Positions 10,123 through 20,252 are shown, counted from the first letter of the stretch. The stretch: 64,000 nucleotides of DNA from Nitrospirota bacterium (GCA_963790025.1 CAWBMP010000004.1:384001-448000); one strand, 5' to 3'. Translations and numbers: made by a program. Notes: generated from the letters alone by a model not told the origin.

Positions 10123-10149
10123 TAATCGGCAAATATACCTAAAACTTTA
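10123..10149 (-). promoter_or_regulatory. Sigma-28 (FliA/SigD)-type promoter
   Basis: Minus strand reads TAAAGTTT-taggtatattt-GCCGATTA, i.e. TAAA-N15-GCCGATTA (consensus GCCGATAA), about 40 nt upstream of ATG 10084. Confidence 0.75.
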
Positions 10150-10179
10150 CCTGTCACGCCCAAAGCCTTCCTGTCCAGC

Positions 10180-10998
10180 TTAGCGGGCCCTCCCTGCAAC
10201 AATTTCAGCAAACCTCTTCCCACTGTCCTGATTTACCATCAGATAACGCGGAAGGGCCTCTATTTTGTCCGAAGGACCTGCTGGCCGCCTCTCCAGGCTG
10301 AATGCGGCGATGTAGCCTGCTTCAGCTGCTTTATGAGTCAGAAAATCGTCATAAATCCCGAAGGGCCAGGCCAGCATATCGATTTTGACCCCCAGTTCCT
10401 TCTCCAGCTTTCGTTTGGATTTTTTTAACTGCATGTCGACGAACTTATCATATTCGGACGGGGAAAGCCCCTTTTTATCTCTTTTGAAATTTGGGTGCCA
10501 GTAGGTGTGTCCCTGCAGGTCGAAGAGTCCGGTCTTTTTAAGGTCCCTGAGCTGGTCCCACGTCATGGTATAAGACGCATGTGATACAGCCGATGGATAT
10601 ACGAAGACTGTTACCGGAATATGATACTTCCTGACGAGAGGCAGCATGTCGCTGTAAACGGATTTGTGGGCGTCATCTTCAACAATAACGACTGCCTTTG
10701 CAGGCGGCGGGAGCACAGTCTTCCCGAGGCAGTAATCCACAAGCTGCCTGAGCGGGATTACTGTATAGCCGTTGTCTTTCAGGTATCTCAGATTAGATTC
10801 GAAAACTGCGGTAGTCACGGTCATGCTGTCGGCAACTACAGGACCAAAACGGTGATAAAGGAGAATAGGGACCCCTCTGCCCTCCCCGGAAGTCTTATCC
10901 TTCACAGCTCCTTCTGCCGGCGGCAGGCCTAACAAAAGGATGATCAGCAATAAGAACAAAAAACTTTTTTTCACTCTTGCGCGTGCGTCCTTGCCCAC
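10180..10998 (-). CDS. Polysaccharide deacetylase (CE4, PgaB/IcaB-like)
   Basis: PILLYHRF, EDDAH, HTYWHP (HxxxH) and AWPFG motifs; N-terminal signal or TM segment. Confidence 0.9.
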   Translation of the reverse strand: MGKDARARVKKSFLFLLLIILLLGLPPAEGAVKDKTSGEGRGVPILLYHRFGPVVADSMTVTTAVFESNLRYLKDNGYTVIPLRQLVDYCLGKTVLPPPAKAVVIVEDDAHKSVYSDMLPLVRKYHIPVTVFVYPSAVSHASYTMTWDQLRDLKKTGLFDLQGHTYWHPNFKRDKKGLSPSEYDKFVDMQLKKSKRKLEKELGVKIDMLAWPFGIYDDFLTHKAAEAGYIAAFSLERRPAGPSDKIEALPRYLMVNQDSGKRFAEIVAGRAR

Positions 10999-11135
10999 CT
11001 CTATTTGTATTTATATTTTCATCTCTTTCAATGATAAAAAGCAATAGAATTTTTTTTAATTATGAATAGAGGTCAAACTTCGATTAAAGTCTGCTATAAT
11101 GCAAATAGAAGAATCTCAAGCGCAAGGAGGGACAT

Positions 11136-11357
11136 ATGGCAGTTAAAAAAGTTGCAAAAGCCGCGAAGGCTCCGGCTTCATCCAAAACAAAAAAGAGCGC
11201 AAAGAAAACTGCTCCAAAAAAACAAAAAGAGCTTAAAGCCGGTGCGCGTTACGTATGCAGTGTTTGCGGGCTGGCGATGACAGTGGACAATGCCTGCGGC
11301 TGTACCGATTTTTGTGATATCATCTGCTGCGGCGAGCAGATGAAACCGTCAAAATAA
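11136..11357 (+). CDS. Small protein: Lys/Ala-rich histone-H1-like tail plus desulforedoxin-like Cys-rich metal-binding domain
   Basis: AGGAGG RBS; YVCSVCG...IICCGEQM matches the desulforedoxin CxxC..CCGxxM pattern; three extra Cys in between. Confidence 0.75.
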   Translation: MAVKKVAKAAKAPASSKTKKSAKKTAPKKQKELKAGARYVCSVCGLAMTVDNACGCTDFCDIICCGEQMKPSK

Positions 11358-11369
11358 ACATCACTTTTA

Positions 11370-11415
11370 TTGGAGGTTAGAGGTACCTCCAACTTCTAAC
11401 CTCTAACCTCCAACC
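11370..11415. repeat. Heptamer-repeat hairpin (ACCTCTA / TAGAGGT)
   Basis: TTGGAGGTTAGAGGT (11370-11384) is the exact reverse complement of 11399-11413. The right arm is ACCTCCA ACTTCTA ACCTCTA ACCTCCA. Confidence 0.85.
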
Positions 11416-11441
11416 CTTAAAAATGGTATTATAGCCTCAGT

Positions 11442-11912
11442 ATGACACCCGAGGAAAAATTGAGGGCTTTAAATATTGCCCTGCCTGAAGCGCCGATACC
11501 GCTGGGCTCCTATATCCCCTGCGTCGTTACCGGCAACCTGCTCTTCCTGAGCGGCATGCTTCCCCTCAGGGACGGCAAACTGACGCGAACAGGGAAGGTC
11601 GGGGTATCTTTGTCTTTGGCTGAGGCACAGGAAGAAGCCAGACTGGTTGTAATCAATGCGCTTGCAGCCGTAAAGAGTCATGCCGGAAGCCTGGACAGGA
11701 TCCGTCAGTGCATAAAAATAAACGGTTACGTATCATCTTCTCCGGATTTTACCGAACAGCCGAAAGTGTTAAATGCGGCATCAGATTTTATGTTTGAAAT
11801 TCTGGGCGAGGCAGGCAGGCATGCAAGGGCATCAGTTGGCGTTGCCGTACTCCCCCTCGACGCACCGGTCGAAATAGATTTTATTTTCGAGCTGTATCCT
11901 CCGATCGCCTGA
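11442..11912 (+). CDS. RidA/YjgF/UK114 family protein
   Basis: GSYIP, LFLSGMLP, VLNAASD and GRHARASVGVAVLPLDAPVEID motifs. Confidence 0.92.
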   Translation: MTPEEKLRALNIALPEAPIPLGSYIPCVVTGNLLFLSGMLPLRDGKLTRTGKVGVSLSLAEAQEEARLVVINALAAVKSHAGSLDRIRQCIKINGYVSSSPDFTEQPKVLNAASDFMFEILGEAGRHARASVGVAVLPLDAPVEIDFIFELYPPIA

Positions 11913-11913
11913 A

Positions 11914-14010
11914 ATGAACCCTGATGAGCATTTATCAATACTAAGGCGCATTTCGCAGTGGATCCTTTTCATAACGTTAGGTATCAGCGTCGTGTCTTTG
12001 CTGGGATGGTTTTTCGGGTTCCTCATTGTTGCAAGCATAAACCCTCACTACGTTCCAATGGCTCCGAGCAGCGCATTGTGTTTTTTCATATTGAGCATTT
12101 CATTGCTTGACTATGTGTTCCGTCCCGGGGACCGCACCAGACGGATTGTAGCTGTCGTTGGTCCAATCCTGACTTTTCTCATCTCGCTGATGATACTCAT
12201 TGGTTTTCTTCTCGGTACGGCGTCTGATGTCGAACTTATATGCTTTCAGCCCCTCATAACTATGGGTAATATTCCCACAGGTCATATGTCCCCTATTACA
12301 GCTATAGTCTTTTTAATAGCGTCGGCAGGGGCTTTGTTCCTGGTCTTTTCTTACGAGGGAAGACAACGTTTCAAAAATTTTGCCGCTTTTCTTGCGACAG
12401 CCGTGGTTTCAATCGGGTTTATTATTGTTCTCGGATATTTGTATGGTACGCCTCTATTGTACGGCGGAAATATAATACCCGTGGCCCTTACCAGTGCGAT
12501 TGCGTTTGAGCTTATCGGCCTGGGAATAATAACTGCGTCGGGGACCGGGGTCCCGCCGGTAAGAGTTTTTACAGGTCTGACAGTAAGCAATCGATTAATG
12601 CGGGCCTTTCTTCCTGCAATAATTGTTTTTGTTTTGCTCGATGGATTGCTCTATAACACTGCATTCCGTGGTGGTGTCAATCCTGCATTGATATCATCCT
12701 TAATTACGATTTTATCAATGATTGTTGTCGGTATAATAATATCGAAAATATCAAAAACGATCGGGGGCGAAATAGACCGTGCACATGCCGAGCGCAACAG
12801 GGCAGAGGAATTGCTGAAGATGGATGAAGACCGGCTCGAGACGTTATTGAAACTCGCACAGATGAAAGCTGAATCGGAAAAAGAGCTTGCTGCTTTTGCC
12901 CTTGCAGAAGTTGTCAGGCTCACAAAAAGCAGGGGCGGATACCTGCATTTCTTTAATGAGGATCAACAAACCATAAAACTTTATTTGTGGTCTGATGATG
13001 TGCTCAAATCGTGTGCGGCAACGCCGGGCGTGCATTATCCGCTTGATAAGGCCGGCGTTTGGGGGGACAGTATTCGTTTCAGAAAACCGGTAATACATAA
13101 TGACTATCAAATGCTGTCCGATAAAAAAGGCTATCCTGAAGGACATTTTCATTTAGTCCGTCACCTGGGCGTACCTATTTTTGATGGAGATCGTATAGTT
13201 GGAGTCGCCGGGGTCGGCAATAAAGAAGAGCCTTACGATGAGTCTGATATCCGTCAGATCAGTCTTTTCATGAATAATATGTGGGCAATATTAAAACACC
13301 AGCGCTCAGAGCTGGAACGCGAGCGGCTCAATCGTGAACTCGATGCCTTCAGCTACTCAGTCTCGCATGACCTGCGTGCACCCTTGCGGCATATGTCGGC
13401 CTTTGTAGGACTGCTGCAAAAAAGATTGGAGAAGCACCAAGACGCAGACACTCAACATTATATGGCTGTAATAGCCGGGTCGTCAAAAAAGATGGGAATG
13501 CTTATCGATGATCTGCTAGCCTTCTCGCGGATGGGGCGCACGGACCTGCGACTGAGGAAAGTGAATTTTCATACCCTTGTTGAAGAAGTTGTCAGCGAAA
13601 TTCAGGACGAGGTAAAAGACCGGGATATTACATGGAAAATGGGAGAACTGCCCTATGTATATGGCGACCAGTCGCTGCTGAGGCTAGCCCTGGTTAACCT
13701 CATCCATAATGCCGTAAAATACACCCGCCCCAAGCCCCAGGCTGAAATCGAGATCGGGTGCAAAGAGGAGGGAGACGAATTCATTTTTTTTGTCAAAGAC
13801 AATGGCGCAGGGTTTGATATGAAATATGCGGACAAGCTTTTCGGCGTATTCCAGCGCCTCCATCCCCAGAACGAATTTGAAGGCACAGGAATTGGCCTTG
13901 CCAATGTCCTGCGCATCATATCCCGTCACGGCGGAAGGACCTGGGCCGAGGGTTCCGTGGGACTCGGAGCTACATTTTACTTTACTCTTCCGAAGACGGA
14001 TAAGCCGTAA
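11914..14010 (+). CDS. Membrane sensor histidine kinase (multi-TM, GAF, HisKA, HATPase)
   Basis: AFSYSVSHDLRAPL H-box; NLIHNAVKY, DNGAGFD and GTGIGLA boxes; GAF motif PEGHFHLVRHLGVPI. Confidence 0.95.
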   Translation: MNPDEHLSILRRISQWILFITLGISVVSLLGWFFGFLIVASINPHYVPMAPSSALCFFILSISLLDYVFRPGDRTRRIVAVVGPILTFLISLMILIGFLLGTASDVELICFQPLITMGNIPTGHMSPITAIVFLIASAGALFLVFSYEGRQRFKNFAAFLATAVVSIGFIIVLGYLYGTPLLYGGNIIPVALTSAIAFELIGLGIITASGTGVPPVRVFTGLTVSNRLMRAFLPAIIVFVLLDGLLYNTAFRGGVNPALISSLITILSMIVVGIIISKISKTIGGEIDRAHAERNRAEELLKMDEDRLETLLKLAQMKAESEKELAAFALAEVVRLTKSRGGYLHFFNEDQQTIKLYLWSDDVLKSCAATPGVHYPLDKAGVWGDSIRFRKPVIHNDYQMLSDKKGYPEGHFHLVRHLGVPIFDGDRIVGVAGVGNKEEPYDESDIRQISLFMNNMWAILKHQRSELERERLNRELDAFSYSVSHDLRAPLRHMSAFVGLLQKRLEKHQDADTQHYMAVIAGSSKKMGMLIDDLLAFSRMGRTDLRLRKVNFHTLVEEVVSEIQDEVKDRDITWKMGELPYVYGDQSLLRLALVNLIHNAVKYTRPKPQAEIEIGCKEEGDEFIFFVKDNGAGFDMKYADKLFGVFQRLHPQNEFEGTGIGLANVLRIISRHGGRTWAEGSVGLGATFYFTLPKTDKP

Positions 14011-14028
14011 GAACGCCGGAGCCAAAGC

Positions 14029-15705
14029 TTATTTAAGTGTAATTTGCTGCTGTATAGACAAGGCCTCCGTATATTCTTCCCATAGCCGCATTTTCGTGAC
14101 GTCCGGCGCGGCCTCTCCCTCAATAAAATCCCAGGGCAGCATTTCGTTGGGACCCCTCTTCCTGAAAACGTAATAATCCATATCTATTCCGGTCTCAGAA
14201 CATGCCTTTTTCAGATCATCGGTCTTTGCCATCGCCTCGATGATCTTATACACCCTCCGGTCACCCCTCGAAAAAAGGCCTTGCATATGTGCGTATTTGG
14301 GCACATCGTGAAAAATTTTAACATTCCCCTCATCAGTGAGCGCTTTTTTTATGAACTTCAACTTTCCTTTTACGGCACTGAGTGTGTCCATGGCGTGCCA
14401 CTGAAAGGGAGTCAACGGCTTGGGTACAAAAGTACTTATACTTAACACAATTGATCCCTTTTTGGATTGTTTCCTGATTTTCTTCACAAGATTTACGATT
14501 CCCAAAATATCTTCCTCAGTCTCCGTGGGCAGTCCTATCATAAAATAAAGCCTCAGGTTCTCTAAACCTGCTTCAAGTATACGCACCGATGTATTGAGGA
14601 TATCGGTTTCACTTATTTTTTTACTTATCACCTTTCGCATCCTTTCAGTCCCGGCCTCCGGCGCTATTGAGATGCTTTTATGTCCCTTCATGAGCCCTAT
14701 CAGTTCCAGGCTTTTTTCGCTGGCCCGCAGGGAGGTGATTGAAAAGTCCACTCCAGGGATGCCTAATATTTCTTTTATATGCGCGTAATCAGTTAAAGAT
14801 GGTCCTATCAGCCCTATTTTATCGGTATAGTGCTTCGCATGTATGATTTCATTTTTGACAACGGCGCTTTCTTTTTTTCTAAGCGGACGATACATATGTC
14901 CCACAAGACAGAACCTGCAGCTCCAGGGGCATCCACGCATTGTCTCGATAAGGTACATATTGGAGAATTCAGATTGCGTGCTGACAATGGAAGTGGTGAC
15001 GGACTCTGACGAGAGTTCCCTGATACACCGTCTCTTTACCGTTGCCGGGGCATTACGCAAGGGGGTCCTTTCTGCAAGTGTGCCGTCATCATGATACCGC
15101 ACGGTGTAGCAATCGGGCACATAGACCCCCTCTATGAAAAGGGCGGCGTTTTTCACAGCGTCCTTCACCGTCCCGGTATGCATTACTGCCTTATATATTT
15201 CGAGAAACTCATTCAGCGACTCCTCGGCATCTCCGATAAACATAATATCAAATACAGGCGCAACAGGTTCCGGATTGAAGGAAGGGCAAACGCCCCCAGC
15301 GATAAGAAGTGGGTGAAAACGGTTTCGCCCGGACGACAGGAATGGTATTTTTGCAGTGTCCAGAATCTTTAGTATGTTTGGATAGTCATTTTCAAAAGGA
15401 ATAGAAAAGGCCGCTATGTCAAATTTATTAACAGGTCTTTTACATTCGAGGGAAAAAAGGGGCGTTCCCGTCCTTTTATGCAGCGCCAGGTCCTCTTCAT
15501 CCGGTAAAAATGCACGCTCGCATACAACATCGTCTCTCTTGTTCAACAGGCCGTAAACACCTTGAAAACCTAAATTGGCCATGCCCAGCCGGTAGATATT
15601 AGGATAGATAAGGCATATCGAGATTCTTCCGCCAAAGTCTTTGAAAACAGTGCCCTGCTCGACGGAAAGCAAGGCATCAGCTCTTTCGATAAGAGTGCGG
15701 TTCGT
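14029..15705 (-). CDS. Radical SAM protein with B12-binding-like N-terminal domain (TIGR03960-like); start possibly ACG at 15705, else TTG 15672
   Basis: CPWSCRFC, YPNIYRLGMANLG, APEAGTERMR, YFMIGLPTET and FVPKPLTPFQW motifs. Confidence 0.88.
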   Translation of the reverse strand, partial: TNRTLIERADALLSVEQGTVFKDFGGRISICLIYPNIYRLGMANLGFQGVYGLLNKRDDVVCERAFLPDEEDLALHKRTGTPLFSLECKRPVNKFDIAAFSIPFENDYPNILKILDTAKIPFLSSGRNRFHPLLIAGGVCPSFNPEPVAPVFDIMFIGDAEESLNEFLEIYKAVMHTGTVKDAVKNAALFIEGVYVPDCYTVRYHDDGTLAERTPLRNAPATVKRRCIRELSSESVTTSIVSTQSEFSNMYLIETMRGCPWSCRFCLVGHMYRPLRKKESAVVKNEIIHAKHYTDKIGLIGPSLTDYAHIKEILGIPGVDFSITSLRASEKSLELIGLMKGHKSISIAPEAGTERMRKVISKKISETDILNTSVRILEAGLENLRLYFMIGLPTETEEDILGIVNLVKKIRKQSKKGSIVLSISTFVPKPLTPFQWHAMDTLSAVKGKLKFIKKALTDEGNVKIFHDVPKYAHMQGLFSRGDRRVYKIIEAMAKTDDLKKACSETGIDMDYYVFRKRGPNEMLPWDFIEGEAAPDVTKMRLWEEYTEALSIQQQITLK

Positions 15706-16997
15706 TATAACTTCTTCCTCAAAAAAGTGGGTATATCCAAAATGTCCTCCGCTGGAAACTCGGAATTCTCCATAAATGCCCGATTTCCTCTGTCCGGATG
15801 TTCCAGATTGATCGAACCAGCAGAACCAGGCTGTTCCGGGCTAATGGGAAGGTCGTCGGATGGTTCTTTTATTGGAGGCACTGAAAGGTCCTCGCCTGAT
15901 ACTTCGGTCCCCTTTTGATAGTCATAGTCTTTTGACGGCATGCCAATGTTTTTTGACAGTATTCTCTCGGAACCTCGCAGGTAGAGCGGGTCTTTTTTCG
16001 GCGTCCACTTCTTGATCCGCGGCAGTTCGGCCTTTTCAACCCTGTCCTCAAGCCCTGTAGCAATTACAGTAACCTGGACCCCTTCCCCCATATCAGGATT
16101 TATGACTGCGCCCAGAATAATGTTGGCCTCATCATGAGCGGATTCATGGATCAGGGATGCAACCTCCTGAACAGCGTCGAGCGACATTGTCAGGCCGCCG
16201 GTAATGTTGATCAGAATGGCTTTTGCCCCTTCGATTGATGATTCTTCAAGGAGGGGATTGGATATTGCCTTCTTGGCGGCTTCGAGGGCCCCGCATTCGC
16301 CCTCTGCGCTGCCCATCCCGATTACAGCCCTGCCGGAGTTCTCCATTATCGCCTTTACATCTGCAAAATCAAGGTTGATAAGACCAGGAACAAGTATCAA
16401 ATCGGATATCCCCTGTATCGCCTGCCTGAGGACATCATTGGCGATTGAGAATGACTTCAGCAAAGGGGTGCCTTTTTCAACTACAAGATGTATGCGGTCA
16501 TTCGGAATAACAATGAGAGTATCAACACACTTCTTAAGCTCTCTTATGCCCTCCTCCCCATTGATCGAGCGCTTTCTGCCCTCGTAATAAAACGGCTTGG
16601 TAACTACACCGACGGTAAGTATCCCCAGTTCATGCGCCAGATTGGCAATGACCGGTGCTGCACCGGTTCCGGTGCCCCCGCCCATGCCGGCAGTAATAAA
16701 TATCATATCTGCGCCTTCCACTACGCTCATAAGGGAATCCTTATCATCCAGGGCTGCCTGCCTGCCGATAACAGGGTTAGACCCGGCCCCAAGGCCTTTT
16801 GTCAGAGAATCCCCGATCTGCACTTTAACAGGGGCAAGGGAAGACTCAAGGTGCTGCTTGTCGGTATTTACTGCTATGAATTCTATGCCGAAAATATCGG
16901 CGGAAACCATGCTGTTTATAGCATTTCCTCCACCTCCGCCAACACCTATGACCTTGATCTTGGCAACCAGTCTGCTCACTTCATCCAATTGAAACAT
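15705..16997 (-). CDS. ftsZ: Cell division GTPase FtsZ
   Basis: GVGGGGGNA, GMGGGTGTG tubulin signature, NLDFADV, C-terminal LDIPTFLRK. Confidence 0.99.
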   Translation of the reverse strand: MFQLDEVSRLVAKIKVIGVGGGGGNAINSMVSADIFGIEFIAVNTDKQHLESSLAPVKVQIGDSLTKGLGAGSNPVIGRQAALDDKDSLMSVVEGADMIFITAGMGGGTGTGAAPVIANLAHELGILTVGVVTKPFYYEGRKRSINGEEGIRELKKCVDTLIVIPNDRIHLVVEKGTPLLKSFSIANDVLRQAIQGISDLILVPGLINLDFADVKAIMENSGRAVIGMGSAEGECGALEAAKKAISNPLLEESSIEGAKAILINITGGLTMSLDAVQEVASLIHESAHDEANIILGAVINPDMGEGVQVTVIATGLEDRVEKAELPRIKKWTPKKDPLYLRGSERILSKNIGMPSKDYDYQKGTEVSGEDLSVPPIKEPSDDLPISPEQPGSAGSINLEHPDRGNRAFMENSEFPAEDILDIPTFLRKKL

Positions 16998-17010
16998 AAC
17001 TCCCCCTGTA

Positions 17011-18309
17011 CTATTTCCTGACTATTTTTCTGAACCACCCGGTCATTTTGACAACAATCCTGTTAAAGACATTAGATGAAAACATAGATTTTCCCACCGG
17101 CATCAGGGACCCGGCGCCGTATGTGACAAGCCCTATACCCGTAGCATATACCGGGCTATTGAATTCCTCCGTCAGCCCCTGAATACCTGCACCCCCGCCC
17201 TCGTGTCCCGGGTCCCGATAATATGCCCCTACCGGGTATCCTATCCTGACCGGCATCGACAGGATAGCCTCAGCCATCCGGTCAAAGCCCGATAGCAATG
17301 ATGAGCCACCAGTGAGTATGACTCCAGAAACAGCGATGTTGTTGCGCTGGATCGCCTGTATTTCCTGCCTGACAAGTTCAAGGAGCTCTTCGCTCCTCGG
17401 CTGAAGTATCTCGGAAACATATTTCCTGGGGATTGTCCTGACCTGGCCGTCAATAGCAACAACATCCACGTCCGTCATATCGTTCATTTCTGATGAAGGG
17501 GAAAAAGGGGCCACTGCCCCATACTTCTTTTTTATCCTCTCCGCCTCCGGAAAAGGCACTCTCAGCCCGACAGAAATATCGTTGGTGAAGTGGTTGCCGC
17601 CGATGCCGAGAACAACCGTATGCCTGAGCCATTCGTCTTTGTAAAGAGCTATATCGGTGGTGCCTCCGCCGATATCAACAAGAGCCACACCCATGTCCCT
17701 CTCATAAGAAGTAAGTGTGGCCTCTGCCGAGGCTAGCGGCTGCAGCACGATATCGACGACCTCAAGACCTGCCCTTTCGCAGCATTTCAGAAGGTTTTGC
17801 ACTGAAGTGACCGCCCCCGTGACAATGTAAACATTAACTTCCAGCCTGACGCCCGCCATCCCGACGGGATCTTTTATCCCATCCTGTCCATCGAGAATAA
17901 AATCAGTTGGAAGCACGTGAAGTATTTCCCTGTCGAGAGGAACATATACAGCACTCGCGGAATCTATGGCCCTCTCCACATCCTCGCTGGTCACTTCTTT
18001 CCCCTTAATACCGATCGCGCCATAGCTGTTGAAACTTTTTATGTGGCTGCCAGCTATGCCGACATAAACCTCCCGTACCCCTGTATCCGTCTTTTCTTCA
18101 ATATCGGCAATTGCTTTCTTTATCGAATTTGCGGTGGCTTCAATATCGATCACAACACCTTTCCTCAGTCCATTCGACGGGTGGCTGCTGACCGCGAGCA
18201 CTGCTATGCCATTTTCACTGACCTCGCCCATAATCGCGCATATCTTTGTCGTCCCGACATCGAGTCCGACTATGATATTTCCGCCGTCATTTCTTTTTCT
18301 TCTTTCCAT
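17011..18309 (-). CDS. ftsA: Cell division protein FtsA
   Basis: GLDVGTTKIC, VDIGGGTTD and LTGGSS motifs; start taken at MERRK (18309). Confidence 0.98.
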   Translation of the reverse strand: MERRKRNDGGNIIVGLDVGTTKICAIMGEVSENGIAVLAVSSHPSNGLRKGVVIDIEATANSIKKAIADIEEKTDTGVREVYVGIAGSHIKSFNSYGAIGIKGKEVTSEDVERAIDSASAVYVPLDREILHVLPTDFILDGQDGIKDPVGMAGVRLEVNVYIVTGAVTSVQNLLKCCERAGLEVVDIVLQPLASAEATLTSYERDMGVALVDIGGGTTDIALYKDEWLRHTVVLGIGGNHFTNDISVGLRVPFPEAERIKKKYGAVAPFSPSSEMNDMTDVDVVAIDGQVRTIPRKYVSEILQPRSEELLELVRQEIQAIQRNNIAVSGVILTGGSSLLSGFDRMAEAILSMPVRIGYPVGAYYRDPGHEGGGAGIQGLTEEFNSPVYATGIGLVTYGAGSLMPVGKSMFSSNVFNRIVVKMTGWFRKIVRK

Positions 18310-19081
18310 TATCGTCCGCCGTTGTCTCGCTGCTCTGCGTCTCCTCATGCACAGGTTTAACAATAATTTTATTGGCAAACCTGAGGTCTATATACTCCAC
18401 GTTCATGTTTCTTTTCTGTATTTCATCTCTCACAAAAGCAAGCCGCTCCAGTTTCTTTTCAAAGTCCCCCATGCCGACCTTGATAATTATTTTATCAATT
18501 TGCAGGGTAATGTCTTCCGGCCTCCGCCCTGTAATTTCAACATCCCCTTCAGAAACTATGACTCTTTTATCACGAAGCACCCTAACAAATCTGACGGCCT
18601 CTGCATAAGTTTCCCTGTTCTTGACAGGATCAATACCTTTAATCACCGGCAAAAGCAAGACCGTCCCTTCTTTCATCTGTTCGAGCACATAGCCCTCATT
18701 ATCTATCAGGAAAGGTTTGTCATTGATGCTCAGCAACGCAACCGGCACACGTTCTGTTACTTTAATAAGGACCCTGCCGGATAATTCTTTCCGGACTGCG
18801 GCATCCTTAATCCACGGAGACTGCTTAAGGCCGCTGTAAATGTCCCTGCCCGAAACACCGAAAAGTTCACCGTTTTTTCTGATCTTGCATATAGCGGTCA
18901 ACTTTTCATTTTCAAGATGGTGGTTTCCGATAAAAACTATTTCACTCACAAGCAAATAGTGCTTTACCAGGAAAAAGACGGCAAGGCACAGCACTAAAGT
19001 GAGCAGCGGAGGTAAAATTAAGAAATGTAATCGCTTCTTTTCTTTGCGCCTCTGCAATGTCCTGATATTGCGTATCGCCAT
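18287..19081 (-). CDS. ftsQ: Cell division protein FtsQ/DivIB
   Basis: TM helix, POTRA (PWIKDAAVRK...IKVTERVPVA), YIDLRF; position between ddl and ftsA. Confidence 0.93.
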   Translation of the reverse strand: MAIRNIRTLQRRKEKKRLHFLILPPLLTLVLCLAVFFLVKHYLLVSEIVFIGNHHLENEKLTAICKIRKNGELFGVSGRDIYSGLKQSPWIKDAAVRKELSGRVLIKVTERVPVALLSINDKPFLIDNEGYVLEQMKEGTVLLLPVIKGIDPVKNRETYAEAVRFVRVLRDKRVIVSEGDVEITGRRPEDITLQIDKIIIKVGMGDFEKKLERLAFVRDEIQKRNMNVEYIDLRFANKIIVKPVHEETQSSETTADDNGKKKKK

Positions 19082-19110
19082 TTCCCAATTCGCAGTGACT
19101 CACACTGTCA

Positions 19111-20055
19111 CTATTTTTCACCGTGCAGTGCTGATTCAAGTATCTTCTCGATAAGGTCCGGGAACTCCATATCAGCCAGCTTCGCAATTTTAGGCAAAAG
19201 ACTCGTCTCCGTCATTCCAGGGATCGTATTGACCTCGAGCAAAAAAGGATTATCGGACTCGTCCAGAATCAAATCAACCCGCGTCGCACCCCTGCACCCA
19301 AGCGCGTTATGGGCGCTAAGGGCCAATTCCTTAAGATAATCATATGCCGAAGGAACAACTTGAGGCGGTAATATGTAATTTGTAAGCCCCGGTGTATATT
19401 TTGCCTCATAGCTATAAAACTCCCTTAATGGTCTGACTTCGACACCGCCGAGCGCCATCTGACCGAGCACTCCGATCTGTATCTCTCTCCCTTTTATATA
19501 GCGCTCGGCCAGAACTCTTTCACCATATGCGAATGCCTGCTTTAATGCCCCTTCAACCTCCGCCTCTTCCCTCACTATGCTGACACCTATGCTCGATCCT
19601 TCGGTGGCCGGTTTGACAACCCAGGGCAGAGGGAAACCTGCAGTGGCGCAGATTACCGGAGTATTGCTCCTTCCACGGTCTTCCGCCTCTTTTCGTCTTA
19701 CAACAATAAACGGAGCTACGGGGATATTATGAGAAATAAACGCCATCTTTGAGGCCTCTTTATCCATTGCCAGCGCAGATGCAAGGACACCTGAACCCGT
19801 ATACGGGATACCCATGACCTCGAGCATGCCCTGAATGGCCCCGTTTTCACCGTGCCCACCGTGGAGCGCGATAAAAGCGATGTCCACACCCTTTTCTCTG
19901 ATGGTATGACAAACAGTGTCAGACACATCAATAAAAACCGCATCATATCCCAAATCCATAAGTGCCTTGCAGACGGCGCTGCCGCTTTTAAGGGAGACCT
20001 CCCTTTCCGCAGATGTGCCTCCGGCAAGTACCCCTATGCGTTTTTCAGTTATCAT
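19111..20055 (-). CDS. ddl: D-alanine--D-alanine ligase
   Basis: [30 protein letters not shown] and EVNTIPGMT motifs. Confidence 0.98.
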   Translation of the reverse strand: MITEKRIGVLAGGTSAEREVSLKSGSAVCKALMDLGYDAVFIDVSDTVCHTIREKGVDIAFIALHGGHGENGAIQGMLEVMGIPYTGSGVLASALAMDKEASKMAFISHNIPVAPFIVVRRKEAEDRGRSNTPVICATAGFPLPWVVKPATEGSSIGVSIVREEAEVEGALKQAFAYGERVLAERYIKGREIQIGVLGQMALGGVEVRPLREFYSYEAKYTPGLTNYILPPQVVPSAYDYLKELALSAHNALGCRGATRVDLILDESDNPFLLEVNTIPGMTETSLLPKIAKLADMEFPDLIEKILESALHGEK

Positions 20056-20252
20056 TTATTATTAAGCCTCTTCTATGACTGCCGAATCCAAATATTGGAT
20101 ATCAAAATATGATATTTTTTATTAATGCAACATCCAACGAAATGTGCATGCATATTATAAAATTTTTCTATTCATTTGCGCTATCAGGAGGATAGTGAGC
20201 TGATTTGCCTGGCCGCTATATTACCGCTGTCGGAATATCTGACAGAAAAGCA

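Noticed and set aside
18310..18378. Upstream starts given by the ORF track for ftsA (also mraZ 37509, gpsA 40533, hsp20 54064, MCP 2284, tupB 44856)
   Set aside because: The extensions overlap neighbouring genes or promoter elements; downstream starts match family N-termini or SD sites.
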